From: Fibrobacteria bacterium
GTDB lineage: Bacteria; Fibrobacterota; Fibrobacteria; UBA11236
NCBI GenBank assembly: GCA_041746255.1
Contig: JBGTHM010000128.1
Coordinates: 1 to 35,240, forward strand
DNA length: 35,240 nt
Reading direction: 5' to 3'
Positions 9,056 through 19,300 of this stretch are shown here, piece by piece (positions within the stretch are counted from its first letter, which is position 1; each line of letters begins with the position of its first letter). The translations under genes and the position numbers were made by a program. The notes below the pieces were generated by a model. It searched no databases and was not told where the DNA came from. It saw nothing but the letters and a program-made list of their open reading frames with translations.

Positions 9056-12000
9056 ATGCGTAAAGCCTTGATACCCCTATTGTTGTTTCTGGCAGCTCCC
9101 GGAATTCTCCGTGCCGAAGTTTCCATACTACGCGGCCAGGCAGTATTAAACGAAAAGGTTAAAGTTACCATCCCCTTGCCCAGACCCGTAGACACTACGC
9201 GCTCTCTCCTGCTCCATTCCCTTTCAGCCGTTGATCCCCAACCCTATAATGTCATGATTACCGTAACATTTTTGGATCCCCAAACACTTGTATTGCAACG
9301 CACAAAATCAAATGGATCCATTACGGTGAATTGGCAGGTATTGGAATTTTCCAGCGGAGTCCGTGTTCAGCGAGGTACGCTCCCCCTGAAGGAAGGCATA
9401 AAAGTCTATGATGTTCCCTTGAATCCGGTTAACCTGTCGAAGACGGTGGCCATGGGCGATATGCGATCGGACGGCTCAGCTTTGGGTTCCAATGAATATC
9501 TGACTACCGACCTGACCAGCGAAAAAAACTTGAGAATCGAGCTTTGGGATGGCCCGGGCGATGCGCCCCAGGAGGTGGTATGGCAAGTCTGGGAATACGC
9601 GGGCGCTACGGTGCAAAAAGTAAAATCCAGTCTACCTACCGGCGAATCCATTAAATCTTTTTCTATCGCTCCGGTTGATCCGGCTCAATCCATTATCCTC
9701 GGAGGAATCCGGAATAGCATGCAATGGTTGGTCATGGAGGAAATGCCTTCCTTTCGCCTGAATGAAAACGGAAGTGCGATAAACCTGCAGCGTTATCGAT
9801 CGAAAGACCTGAACGTCGAATTTTTGGGTTATGTGATGGAGTTTAATGACGGGACCCAAGTAATCCATCGGGACGTAAAATTTGAAAAAAACGACCTTCG
9901 CAAAGCAATAGCCGAGTCGTTTGATATCCAACATACCGCGCTTTTCATACCCGGTGACTTCGGACGCCAAGGCCGGATATTGGAATCGGTCGGATACACT
10001 GACAAAGTGGGTTTAATCTGGTTTTCCTATGAACAGAAACAAGATTCGGTTGTGATATCGAGAAGTCTAAAAGATGCTGGTGCCATGGCCGGATTGCAAA
10101 TGGTGTCGTTCGCATCCGCACCATCCATAACGACGCAGCCGCAAAACCAGAGTGTAACCGCCGGGTCAGACGCACTCTTCTCAATCACCGCCACCGGCCA
10201 GAATCTGAAATACCAATGGCTGGAAACGCCGGGCAACTCCCTTTCCGGCGCCATCTCCGCCCAACTTTCCCTACCCTCTCTGGCTATCCTGGATAGTGGG
10301 CGCATTTTCTATTGTCGGGTTACCAATGGAACCGATACGGTTTTTTCCGAAACCGCTGCGCTCTCCGTCACCTCCATACCAGGCACACCCATAATCCCCA
10401 AAGACACGGTCCCGCAACCCGGACCCATTCTCACCGATTCGAGTACACTGAAGTCTGGAGAAAAACGGGCCTTGGTCGGCGACACCCTCATTTTTCCCTC
10501 TGGTGGCGCCAACGTTACTATTGAGATACTGGGATTGCCCTCCAGCAGCTTGATCCCGCGCGGCTTCGCACCCATTGATACCAGCTTTTCGCTTGAGGTT
10601 AAAGGCGGTCAAGGCCCGGAGTTTCTCACCTGGAAGCCCCGTAACGGTACGGAAAGAAGTATCTACCGGATTGACCAGGGGAAAGCTTACTTCATAAGTC
10701 CCAATGGGTTGCATCAAATTCAGGCGCCGGGCGTCTATTTCGTAGCCCGGGATACCGACCCGCCGCACATATCTTTGGGACGTCAACAATTTTCCGAAGG
10801 GGATTCGCTACGCATCACGTTCACGGTGAGCGACAATGTGGAAAATTTGCGCGCAAACATCGCCCGCAGCGACGACCCCAAACGCGACATAAATAATGGT
10901 CCCCGTTCTCCCGGAGAGTGGACGTTCACTTTGAAAAATCCCTCCAATACGGTCAAACCCTTGGAGTTGCGCCTGGAAATCTCGGATGGAAGCCATACCA
11001 CCTGCTTTCCCGTCGATTGTAAAACCGGGTTTCCGCTTCCGCAACGCTTCGGAAAAATCGAAAGTCCCGCTGTACTCGCCATCGGAACCCATCGTGACTC
11101 CCCCTGGGATTTGGTGGGTTTGCCATTTCACCTTGATCCCGGTTTGAATGCGAACTCCATTTTCGGCAAATCGGATGCAGCGGACACCTACGTTTCCACT
11201 TGGGATGCGACAAAGAAAAATTACCGACCTGCCGCTGCGGATACCCGCATTAAATCCGGGACCGCCTTGTGGGTGGCTGCGCCGAACAGCCTGCAAAAGG
11301 TCACCTTAGACTCCGTGCAAACCCAACCCTTCGATTCGACGGGCACGGTGGAAATCCGACTCAGCCGAGGCTGGAACCAGGTAAGCAGCCCTCATCTTCG
11401 CACGAAATTCTGGCCCGTCTCAAGGAGTCATCCCGGATACCCGCAGTCTTCCGTCAAAGGGCTCCATGCCTACGACGCCAAATCCGGCGGGTTTCAACCC
11501 GTGGATTCATTACAGCCCTGGCGTGGTTATTTCGTGTACAGTAATGCGGCGGATACCATTGTACGCCTTTCGCATACACCTCCATCGACGCCCTCCGCCA
11601 AAGTCTCTTCACAAGGGCCACTCGCGCGATTGGAACTGACGTCCGCCCGGGATTGGGAAATCAGCACTCCTCTTTTCCTTTCCGCTCGGGAGGGTGCCAG
11701 GGATGGTCTGGGTATTGAGGATGAGTTTCTTCCCGCATCCCCCACGCGAGGTCTGTCGTTATTTTCCCGACAGTCTGGAGCGCGATTGTCCCGCGAAGAA
11801 ATCCCCTTCACACCGGATAGACCCATGCGCTGGGAGGTAATCGTAAAAGCCGGCGATTCCCAACGTTCCCAGGGTCCCTTAAGCCTTAGGGTCGTCGATA
11901 ATGCCTGGCCGGAGGGCTATGCCGCGGTAGCCTTTTCCCGCACTCGGCGCATCAGCTTCGCTTTGCAGCCGCTAGTCCCGCTGGAACTATCCCGCACCTT

Positions 12001-12364
12001 GGATGATACCCTGGATGTATGGCTTGGCAGCATGGAACAATTACGCTCAGGTGGATTTTCGGTGGAAAAAAATGCGCTACCGGAAAACTTCACGTACAGG
12101 CTAAATTACTGGGCAGGCGAACCGGTATTGATATTGACGCTTTCCAACTCTTTGGATATTCGTGCCCGGCTTTACACTTCCGCTGGAAGCCTCCTGAGTA
12201 CGCATGGCTTCGGCTTGGCTCCAGGACATTATCGCCTGCCAATCGGACTTCCCTCTGGCCTCAATAGGCGGACACAGACGAAAGCCGGCCCCTATTTCCT
12301 ACGTTTGGATGTGGATGACGGCAGGGGAAAGCGAAACTACGCCCTCCCCCTCTTGAGCCGCTGA
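9056..12364 (+). CDS. Large secreted modular protein, paralog 2: four ~80-aa N-terminal repeats, one Ig, Pro-rich linker, shared C-terminal module
   Basis: Signal peptide MRKALIPLLLFLAAPGILRA. Ig motif PSITTQPQNQ...YQW...FYCRVTN. Shared motifs PWDLVGLP, GWNQVSSP, DSLQPWRGYFVY and DGLGIEDE; tail KAGPYFLRL. Confidence 0.85.
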   Translation: MRKALIPLLLFLAAPGILRAEVSILRGQAVLNEKVKVTIPLPRPVDTTRSLLLHSLSAVDPQPYNVMITVTFLDPQTLVLQRTKSNGSITVNWQVLEFSSGVRVQRGTLPLKEGIKVYDVPLNPVNLSKTVAMGDMRSDGSALGSNEYLTTDLTSEKNLRIELWDGPGDAPQEVVWQVWEYAGATVQKVKSSLPTGESIKSFSIAPVDPAQSIILGGIRNSMQWLVMEEMPSFRLNENGSAINLQRYRSKDLNVEFLGYVMEFNDGTQVIHRDVKFEKNDLRKAIAESFDIQHTALFIPGDFGRQGRILESVGYTDKVGLIWFSYEQKQDSVVISRSLKDAGAMAGLQMVSFASAPSITTQPQNQSVTAGSDALFSITATGQNLKYQWLETPGNSLSGAISAQLSLPSLAILDSGRIFYCRVTNGTDTVFSETAALSVTSIPGTPIIPKDTVPQPGPILTDSSTLKSGEKRALVGDTLIFPSGGANVTIEILGLPSSSLIPRGFAPIDTSFSLEVKGGQGPEFLTWKPRNGTERSIYRIDQGKAYFISPNGLHQIQAPGVYFVARDTDPPHISLGRQQFSEGDSLRITFTVSDNVENLRANIARSDDPKRDINNGPRSPGEWTFTLKNPSNTVKPLELRLEISDGSHTTCFPVDCKTGFPLPQRFGKIESPAVLAIGTHRDSPWDLVGLPFHLDPGLNANSIFGKSDAADTYVSTWDATKKNYRPAAADTRIKSGTALWVAAPNSLQKVTLDSVQTQPFDSTGTVEIRLSRGWNQVSSPHLRTKFWPVSRSHPGYPQSSVKGLHAYDAKSGGFQPVDSLQPWRGYFVYSNAADTIVRLSHTPPSTPSAKVSSQGPLARLELTSARDWEISTPLFLSAREGARDGLGIEDEFLPASPTRGLSLFSRQSGARLSREEIPFTPDRPMRWEVIVKAGDSQRSQGPLSLRVVDNAWPEGYAAVAFSRTRRISFALQPLVPLELSRTLDDTLDVWLGSMEQLRSGGFSVEKNALPENFTYRLNYWAGEPVLILTLSNSLDIRARLYTSAGSLLSTHGFGLAPGHYRLPIGLPSGLNRRTQTKAGPYFLRLDVDDGRGKRNYALPLLSR

Positions 12365-12949
12365 TTAGCTGACCATTTGCCGGCGTGCATTCCGGTAAAG
12401 TTGTGCATGCCAAGATTGACCCAGTGGCTTTTCAAATTTCCCCTCCGCAAAATCGCCCACTCGACTCAGGGTGGTATCGAATACGGGGGTTTCCTCATCG
12501 ATTTCCCCTGTCTGCGCCAGGACTTTAAACTCGCTTCTATTGACCATTTGCACGATGCCATCCGGATTCCGGAAAAAAATCCGACTGGAATCGAGCAATT
12601 GCGTACCCATGGCCGTTTCGATCTGCATAATCGCCTGCTGCATACTGTCCAGGCTGCACCCCGAGAGCGCCGTTCCATCCGGTTCTGAGATAATTAATAG
12701 AAAGTACTGCTCCCAAACCTGCCAGCGACCACACAGGGGTGCGCCATGGGAGGCCCAGCCGGCGAAAAATTCGGCCAAAAGTGCGCGTAAACGAGGATCT
12801 TCGCCGTCCAAGGGAAGAGAACTCCCAAAAACCCAACAACGCTCCTGGGCATATCGCGGATTTATTGCCAAGGCGCCCACTATGTCAGATGGAGCAAAAC
12901 CGGAAGGCTTGACCGCTTCTCCCTGTCCATTTTTCATGATTCCATCCAT
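12365..12949 (-). CDS. Conserved hypothetical protein with WxSHG and SGCSxDS motifs
   Basis: Motifs W-A-S-H-G, L-S-G-C-S-L-D-S and a C-terminal VFDTT...SWH. No Walker A motif. A GGAGG SD precedes ATG 12949. Confidence 0.7.
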   Translation of the reverse strand: MDGIMKNGQGEAVKPSGFAPSDIVGALAINPRYAQERCWVFGSSLPLDGEDPRLRALLAEFFAGWASHGAPLCGRWQVWEQYFLLIISEPDGTALSGCSLDSMQQAIMQIETAMGTQLLDSSRIFFRNPDGIVQMVNRSEFKVLAQTGEIDEETPVFDTTLSRVGDFAEGKFEKPLGQSWHAQLYRNARRQMVS

Positions 12950-13093
12950 CACAACCTCCATTTTATGGAAAATACATTAAAGCGCCCTCGAATAGAGGGA
13001 TACCGGGCGTGAAGGCACACTTCAATTTTTTGAGTTTAGGTGGAAGTGCCCCAGGTTTTCAAAGTGGGTCCCAACTCTCGCAAAACTCTATTT

Positions 13094-13121
13094 TTGTCCC
13101 CAATAAATTAAAGCATATTAT
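13094..13121 (+). promoter_or_regulatory. Candidate sigma70 promoter for paralog 3
   Basis: TTGTCC (13094-13099), an AT-rich 16-nt spacer, then TATTAT (13116-13121). Confidence 0.5.
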
Positions 13122-13313
13122 GGGGTGTAGAGACCCCAAGCTAAACTTGGACTCAAAGCCGTAAGGGAAATTCCGGGTAATCTGGATGTAAATGTGATTA
13201 TGAGTACTTACCTTTTAAGCCAAGCTATTCCCGAAGTTACGGGAAACAGGAAAAAGCCTCTCGGCTTGACCGGCTTATGGCGCGTTCTACTTAAAAAAAT
13301 TATTGGGTTGTTG

Positions 13314-16300
13314 ATGCGTAAAGAATTTTGGAGATGGATGGTTCTGCTAAGAATCGTTATCCCTATCATAGCTATAGCTCAGCCCGGGGGAGCTCAACCC
13401 GGTCAACCCATTAATGTTAACGCGGTGCCTGGAGTTCAGATGGCTACCGTGTCATGGGAGCCGACTGGATCTGCTACCTCATTACAAAATTTCGATTTGT
13501 ACTATTCCGAAGGTGAGGAAAAACTTGATGAAGGTTCCTTAGCCTCGTACAAAAAAATCGGTGACATCACTGACTGGACGCAAGTCGTCTCATCCCTGGA
13601 GGCCAATCAAGCCTATTCTTTCGCGGTGCAGGCCAAGCTGCTTCTAGGTGGCAACCTCACATTATCTCCACTGAGCGAAACCGTGACGGCGACGCCGTTA
13701 CCACCCCCAAATATACCACCCACTGTCTCTCTCACTTCCCCAACAGCAGGACAGTCCTTTCTCGCTCCGGCTAATATCGCCCTCTCCGCAAATGCCAGTG
13801 ATGCCGACGGCTCCGTAACCAAAGTTGAATTCTTTAACGGAGTTACAAAAATCGGGGAAGCGCTTGCCGCTCCCTACAATTTCGCCTGGAACAGCGTCGC
13901 CCCTGGGGCCTATTCCCTGACTGCCAAAGCCACCGATAATCAAGGGGCTACAACAACCTCCGCGGCCGTCGCCATCACCGTAACGGAGCCGATACCCAAC
14001 CAACCGCCTACGGTTTCCCTCACCTCACCTACAGCCGGACAATCCTTCCTCGCACCGGCAAATATCTCTCTCTCCGCAAATGCCAATGATGCAGACGGCT
14101 CGGTGACCAAAGTCGAGTTCTTTAACGGAGCTACTAAAATCGGAGAAGACCTGGACGCGCCCTACAATTTTGCCTGGAACAGCGTCGCCCCTGGAGCCTA
14201 TTCCCTGACCGCCAAAGCCACCGATAATCAAGGAGCAACAACAACCTCCGCAGCCGTGGCCATCACCGTAAACGCACCTAACCAGCCACCTACGGTTTCC
14301 CTCACCTCACCTACAGCCGGACAATCCTTCCTCGCACCGGCGAACATCGCCCTCTCCGCAAATGCCAGCGATGCGGACGGCTCCGTCACCAAAGTCGAGT
14401 TCTTCAACGGAGCTACTAAAATCGGAGAAGACCTGGACGCGCCCTACAATTTCGCCTGGAACAACGTCGCCGCTGGAGCCTATTCCCTGACCGCCAAAGC
14501 CACCGATAATCAAGGGGCTATAACAACCTCCGCAGCCGTGGCCATTACCGTAAACGCGCCCAACCAACCCCCTTCCGTCTCACTCACCTCTCCAACTCAA
14601 GGTCAAGCCTTTCTCGCACCGGCGAATATCTCCCTCACCGCAAATGCGAGCGATGTGGACGGATCCGTCACAAAGGTCGAGTTCTTCAATGGAGCCACTA
14701 AAATCGGGGAAAAAGTGGGAGCCCCATTCTCCTTTGGCTGGAACGACGTTCCTGCCGGAGCCTATTCCTTTACCGCCAAGGCCACGGATAATCAAGGGGC
14801 AACGACAACCTCAACGGCCGTGGCCATCACCGTGACCGATCCCGTTATCCCCCCTCCGGCGCAACCCACAGCCACCCCGATCGGGGGAAGTTACAATAAT
14901 CCTCAAAGCGTCACGCTCACTACATTAACCAGCGGCGCTACCATAAGGTATACTTTGAATGGCAACGATCCAACCGTCAGCACGGGGATCCTATATGCCA
15001 ACCCCATTTCCATTTCCGCGACAACCACGTTGAAGGCGATAGCAGTAAAAGACGGCGTTGCAAGCTCCATACTAACGCAAGTCTATACCATAAACAATCC
15101 ACCCACAGTGACCTTAACTTCTCCAGCTAACGGGACGATATACAGGGCTCCCGCCAGCATCACCGCCACGGCAACCGCTTCCGACCCGGATGGTCCCATA
15201 GCCAAAGTGGAGTTCTATTTCAATAATGAACTTAAACAGACTGCCACAGCCAGCCCCTATACTTACACACTCAGCGACGCAGCAGCTGGAGGCTATACAA
15301 TATATGCCAAAGCCTTCGATGCCCAAGGACACTCAGCCACTTCCGCTTCTGTTACGATTATTGTAAATCAACCTCCCACAATCTTCTGGGTTTCCCCAGC
15401 CAACAACTCCACCTTCACCACGGCCGACAAAATCTCGCTAAGCGCCAATGCCAGCGACGTTGACGGGACCATTGCCAAGGTTTCCTTTTTCAGGGGAAAT
15501 ATCAAAGTGGCGGACGTCTTGCAGCCCGCCTCAGGTTCGACCTACACTTACCTTTGGAGTCTTCCGCCCGTGGGCAGCCATGCGCTCAGGGCAGTGGCCT
15601 ACGACAATAGGGGTGACTCAACTCTCACTCTGGTCCGCAACATTACGGTAAACGATTCCACAAACAAGGCGCCCACAGTGTCCATCACCAAGCCCGCCAA
15701 CGAGGCCAAATTCGTGGCAGGGGCACAAATCACTCTGGAGTCCACCGCCTCGGATCCCGATGGCAGCATTGCCCGGGTTCAATATTTTTACGCGGGAAAT
15801 ACTTCCATCGGCCAATCCATCGTGGGGCCCGCCTATCCGGTCACATGGAACTCCGTGCCTGCGGGTACCTACGCGCTGACCGCCCGGGCTACCGATAATG
15901 GTGGCGGCAGCGGGAACAGCTCCATCATCAGCATTTCCGTCACCTTACCCGCCCCTTCCGGGGTCAAAGCCGCACCCGGCAACAACTCCGCCACGATTAG
16001 TTGGAATGCCGTTGCAGGCGCCACTAATTACAACCTCCACTACAATGCCGGCGTGAATGTAAATAGTTCGGCGATCACCTTCTCCAATATCCAGGGAACT
16101 TCATATACGGTATCGGGACTCACCAATGGCCAACAATATGCCTTCGCCGTATCGACGGAGGGTCCCGGCGGCACCTCACCTCGTAGCGCCAAGGTAAATG
16201 CGACTCCTAACCCCCAATCTCCCCCTGCCCCTCCGGCCAATCTGACCGCCACCGCTCAGGATGCCACTATTTCCTTATCCTGGACCGCGTCAAGCGGAGC

Positions 16301-19300
16301 CACAAAATATACCGTGTACTATGCACAGGGTAATACGGTAACTACAACCAATTCCATCAAACTGCAAAACATAACGGTAACCTCCTCAGTAATCGACGGC
16401 CTGACAAACGGCACCAATTACACCTTCGCGGTTACCGCACACAATGTCGCCGGTGAATCCGATCTCAGCAACTCACGCACCATAGCCCCGGTAGGAAATC
16501 CACCCGTCTTAGGCGACATAACGCCTACCCAAGGGACAAAGTTTGTCGGCCAGAACCACCAAATATCCGTGACTACCACCGGAGGCACGCCCCCCTTCAC
16601 CTATCGCTGGACTTTGAACGGAACCACCATTCCCGGGGCTACCAGCAATGTGCTATCCATTCAAAACGCCCAGCTAGATGACGCCGGCAAATATGCGGTT
16701 GTGGTATCCAATCCCTACGGCAACGCGACGAAATCTTCGACATTGAACGTCAACCAACGAAAAGTCGCATTGGCCAGAGCCACACCAGAAGCCCGCTCCT
16801 ACACCGAGCCTTTGACGATTTCAGTCAGCACCAACACCCCGTCCACTGTTATCCATTATACGCTGGACAATTCCGTGCCATCCCCACAAAGCCCTAAGTA
16901 TGATCCGGCGGCGAAAATCATCTTGAGCGGTCAAACCGTGGTATTGAAAACGCGTGCCTTCCAGACCGACTACCTGGATAGTGATATTTTTTCTGCAACT
17001 TATACATACGTACCTCCCGGTCAAGCACTTGCCCCGAGAGCCGAGCCGGTGGATTCAGTCTTCACGGGTTCGTTGAACGTAACTTTGATATCCGAAACCG
17101 AAGGCGCCGATATTCATTACACATTGGATGGAAGCGTACCCACGGCCGCGTCCGCAAAATATTCCGCGCCCATCGAAATTAACCGTGACACCCGGATCAA
17201 GGCAATCGCAGTCAAGGCAGGACTTCTTTCCAGCACCGTAATGGAAAAGTCGTATACGCGTTTCATTCCCACGGTTCGCGCCCTCAAACCCATAGCCGAC
17301 CCTACAGGACTGGAATTCTCCGATTCCATTCTGGTTCGACTTACCACCCAGACATCGGGTGCGGAAATTCTTTATGCTCTGAACGACTCCACTGCGCAGT
17401 CGGCTAATTGGCCGGTTTACAACCCCGCAACGGGACTTACTTTAAAACGTTCCACGCAACTGCGCGCCCTCGCCCGCAGGGTCGACCTCCTTCTCAGCGA
17501 TACGCTTATCGAGGTATACACGCAATTACCGACCACGCCTACCTCATTACAACCGGGCGATTCGATTTTCGCCGGGACGGTCGAAGTAGATTTACTTACT
17601 TCTCCCGTGGGCGCCTCCATTCATTACACCCTCGACGGCTCCAACCCTCTTACCGCCGAACGACAACCTGCGCCGAATAGCCTGTTATACAATACTGAAG
17701 AGCCCATACTCATCAACTCTTCGCGGATCCTCAAGGCGGTTTCTTTCCTGAACGGGAAAGCCAGCCGTGGCGTATTGACGAACTTTTACCTCAAGGAAGG
17801 CGAGCCTCTCCCTTCCCCCGCAGCCAATCCTTCCGCCACCAGTTTCGGAGATACCCTTCGCGTGTTGTTGCGGAGCGCCTATGAATCCCGAATCTATTAC
17901 ACCTTGGATGGCAGCATACCCACAACTGCCAGCACGGAGTATACCGGGGCGCCCGTGAAAATTTCGGAATCGGTGATTTTACAGGCAATCGCCGTCAAAT
18001 CGGGTTTTCCGAATTCCAAAATCATGGTAGAGCGGTATACCTTTATTCCACCGACGCCTACCGCAACTCCTGCGGGAGGAAATTTCGTTGACAGAGTTAC
18101 CGTACAACTCTCCGGCCATGCACCCGGGGTCGAGATCAGGTATACCACCGATGGCCGCTCTCCGCTGGCGGGAAATGCCTTGGTCTATAACTCCGCGGAA
18201 GGTATTACGCTTACCACCACATCGACCCTTATGGCCTATACCGCTTCAGGCGGCCAGGCCAGCGAAGTCTTGACGGAGAATTATTATATCACGGGAGCCA
18301 GCGATACCCTGCTATTGGCGGGAGAAACGATGAGTCTCCCCGGCGGCTATTCGCTTGCCAGTCCCATTAATTCTCAATCCGACGTCTCGGTCCAGTTGGT
18401 TGGGGGCGAATCCGTTTCCGTGGCGGGATTTTCGGACAGAAGATTCGGAATGCAAATTGCCGTTACCGACCCTTCCATGTCGTTTCCGCACCTCCATTTT
18501 TCCGGCCCTCCCGGCTCGAATCACGCACTTTACCGTAGGCAATCCGACGGTCGCGTCCAATTCATTTCCTCTTCGGACAGCGGGCTTATTACGGAAGCTG
18601 GGCTCTACGTTCTTGCGATCGATATCGTACCGCCTCAAATCGTGGTACTGGACAAAAGTTTCGACGCCAATGACTCCACACGCATTCGCATACAAATCCT
18701 AGACAACGTATCCAACTTGTCCTATAGCATTAAGCGGAACGATGATACGGTTACGTTGGTGGAAAATCTTCCGATTTCCAGCCAAGACATCCTTGAATTC
18801 ATGCTCAAGCATCCTACCGGCGTTTTCAAACCCTTGCTGGCCCAAGTGATAGTCACCGATCACCACAATCAACAGTTTTTTCCTCCTAACCCGACAGCGC
18901 GTTACGGGGTCCCGCAAAAACTCCGCAACGTTAAAAGTCCCTCGGTATTCCGAATCGCCCAACCCCAAGCCGCTTCGGATTGGGATTTGATAGGCTTTCC
19001 CTTCAAGGCCAACCCAGCCATTACGACTTCGCAGCTGCAAGAAAGCCATTCCGGCACCCGCTTTTCCGCCTCGGATTGGAATGCCAAGCTCGGCCCCCAT
19101 GAGGGCATGAAACCGGGGAAAGGCTTCTGGTTGAACTCCTCCAAGGCCGTGAATATCCTGCAATTCCCCCAATTGGAGACCGCCGATTTCGTGACGGACA
19201 GTATCACGGTCAAGCTTTCACCGGGTTGGAATACCATTTCTTCCCCCTATTTGGAAACGCTCTATTGGCCGCATAGCCGGGAATTTCCCGACCAATACGG

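Noticed and set aside
13014..13075. Imperfect inverted repeat (CACTTC/GAAGTG) with an IS-end-like TGGAAGTGCCCC
   Set aside because: There is no transposase, partner end or target duplication, and it is too short to call a mobile element.
13135..13290. Possible c-di-GMP-I riboswitch (GGACTCAAAGCC resembles GGACGCAAAGCC)
   Set aside because: The GGCAAA/GNRA P2 stem and downstream P3 consensus are missing.
13194..13313. Longer start for paralog 3
   Set aside because: ATG 13314 gives a normal-length signal peptide, and the upstream 40 codons look like UTR.
13710..14837. CRISPR array or DGR template/variable repeat pair
   Set aside because: The units are in-frame 94-96 codon protein domains with mostly synonymous, non-adenine-specific differences. 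There are no spacers, cas genes or reverse transcriptase.
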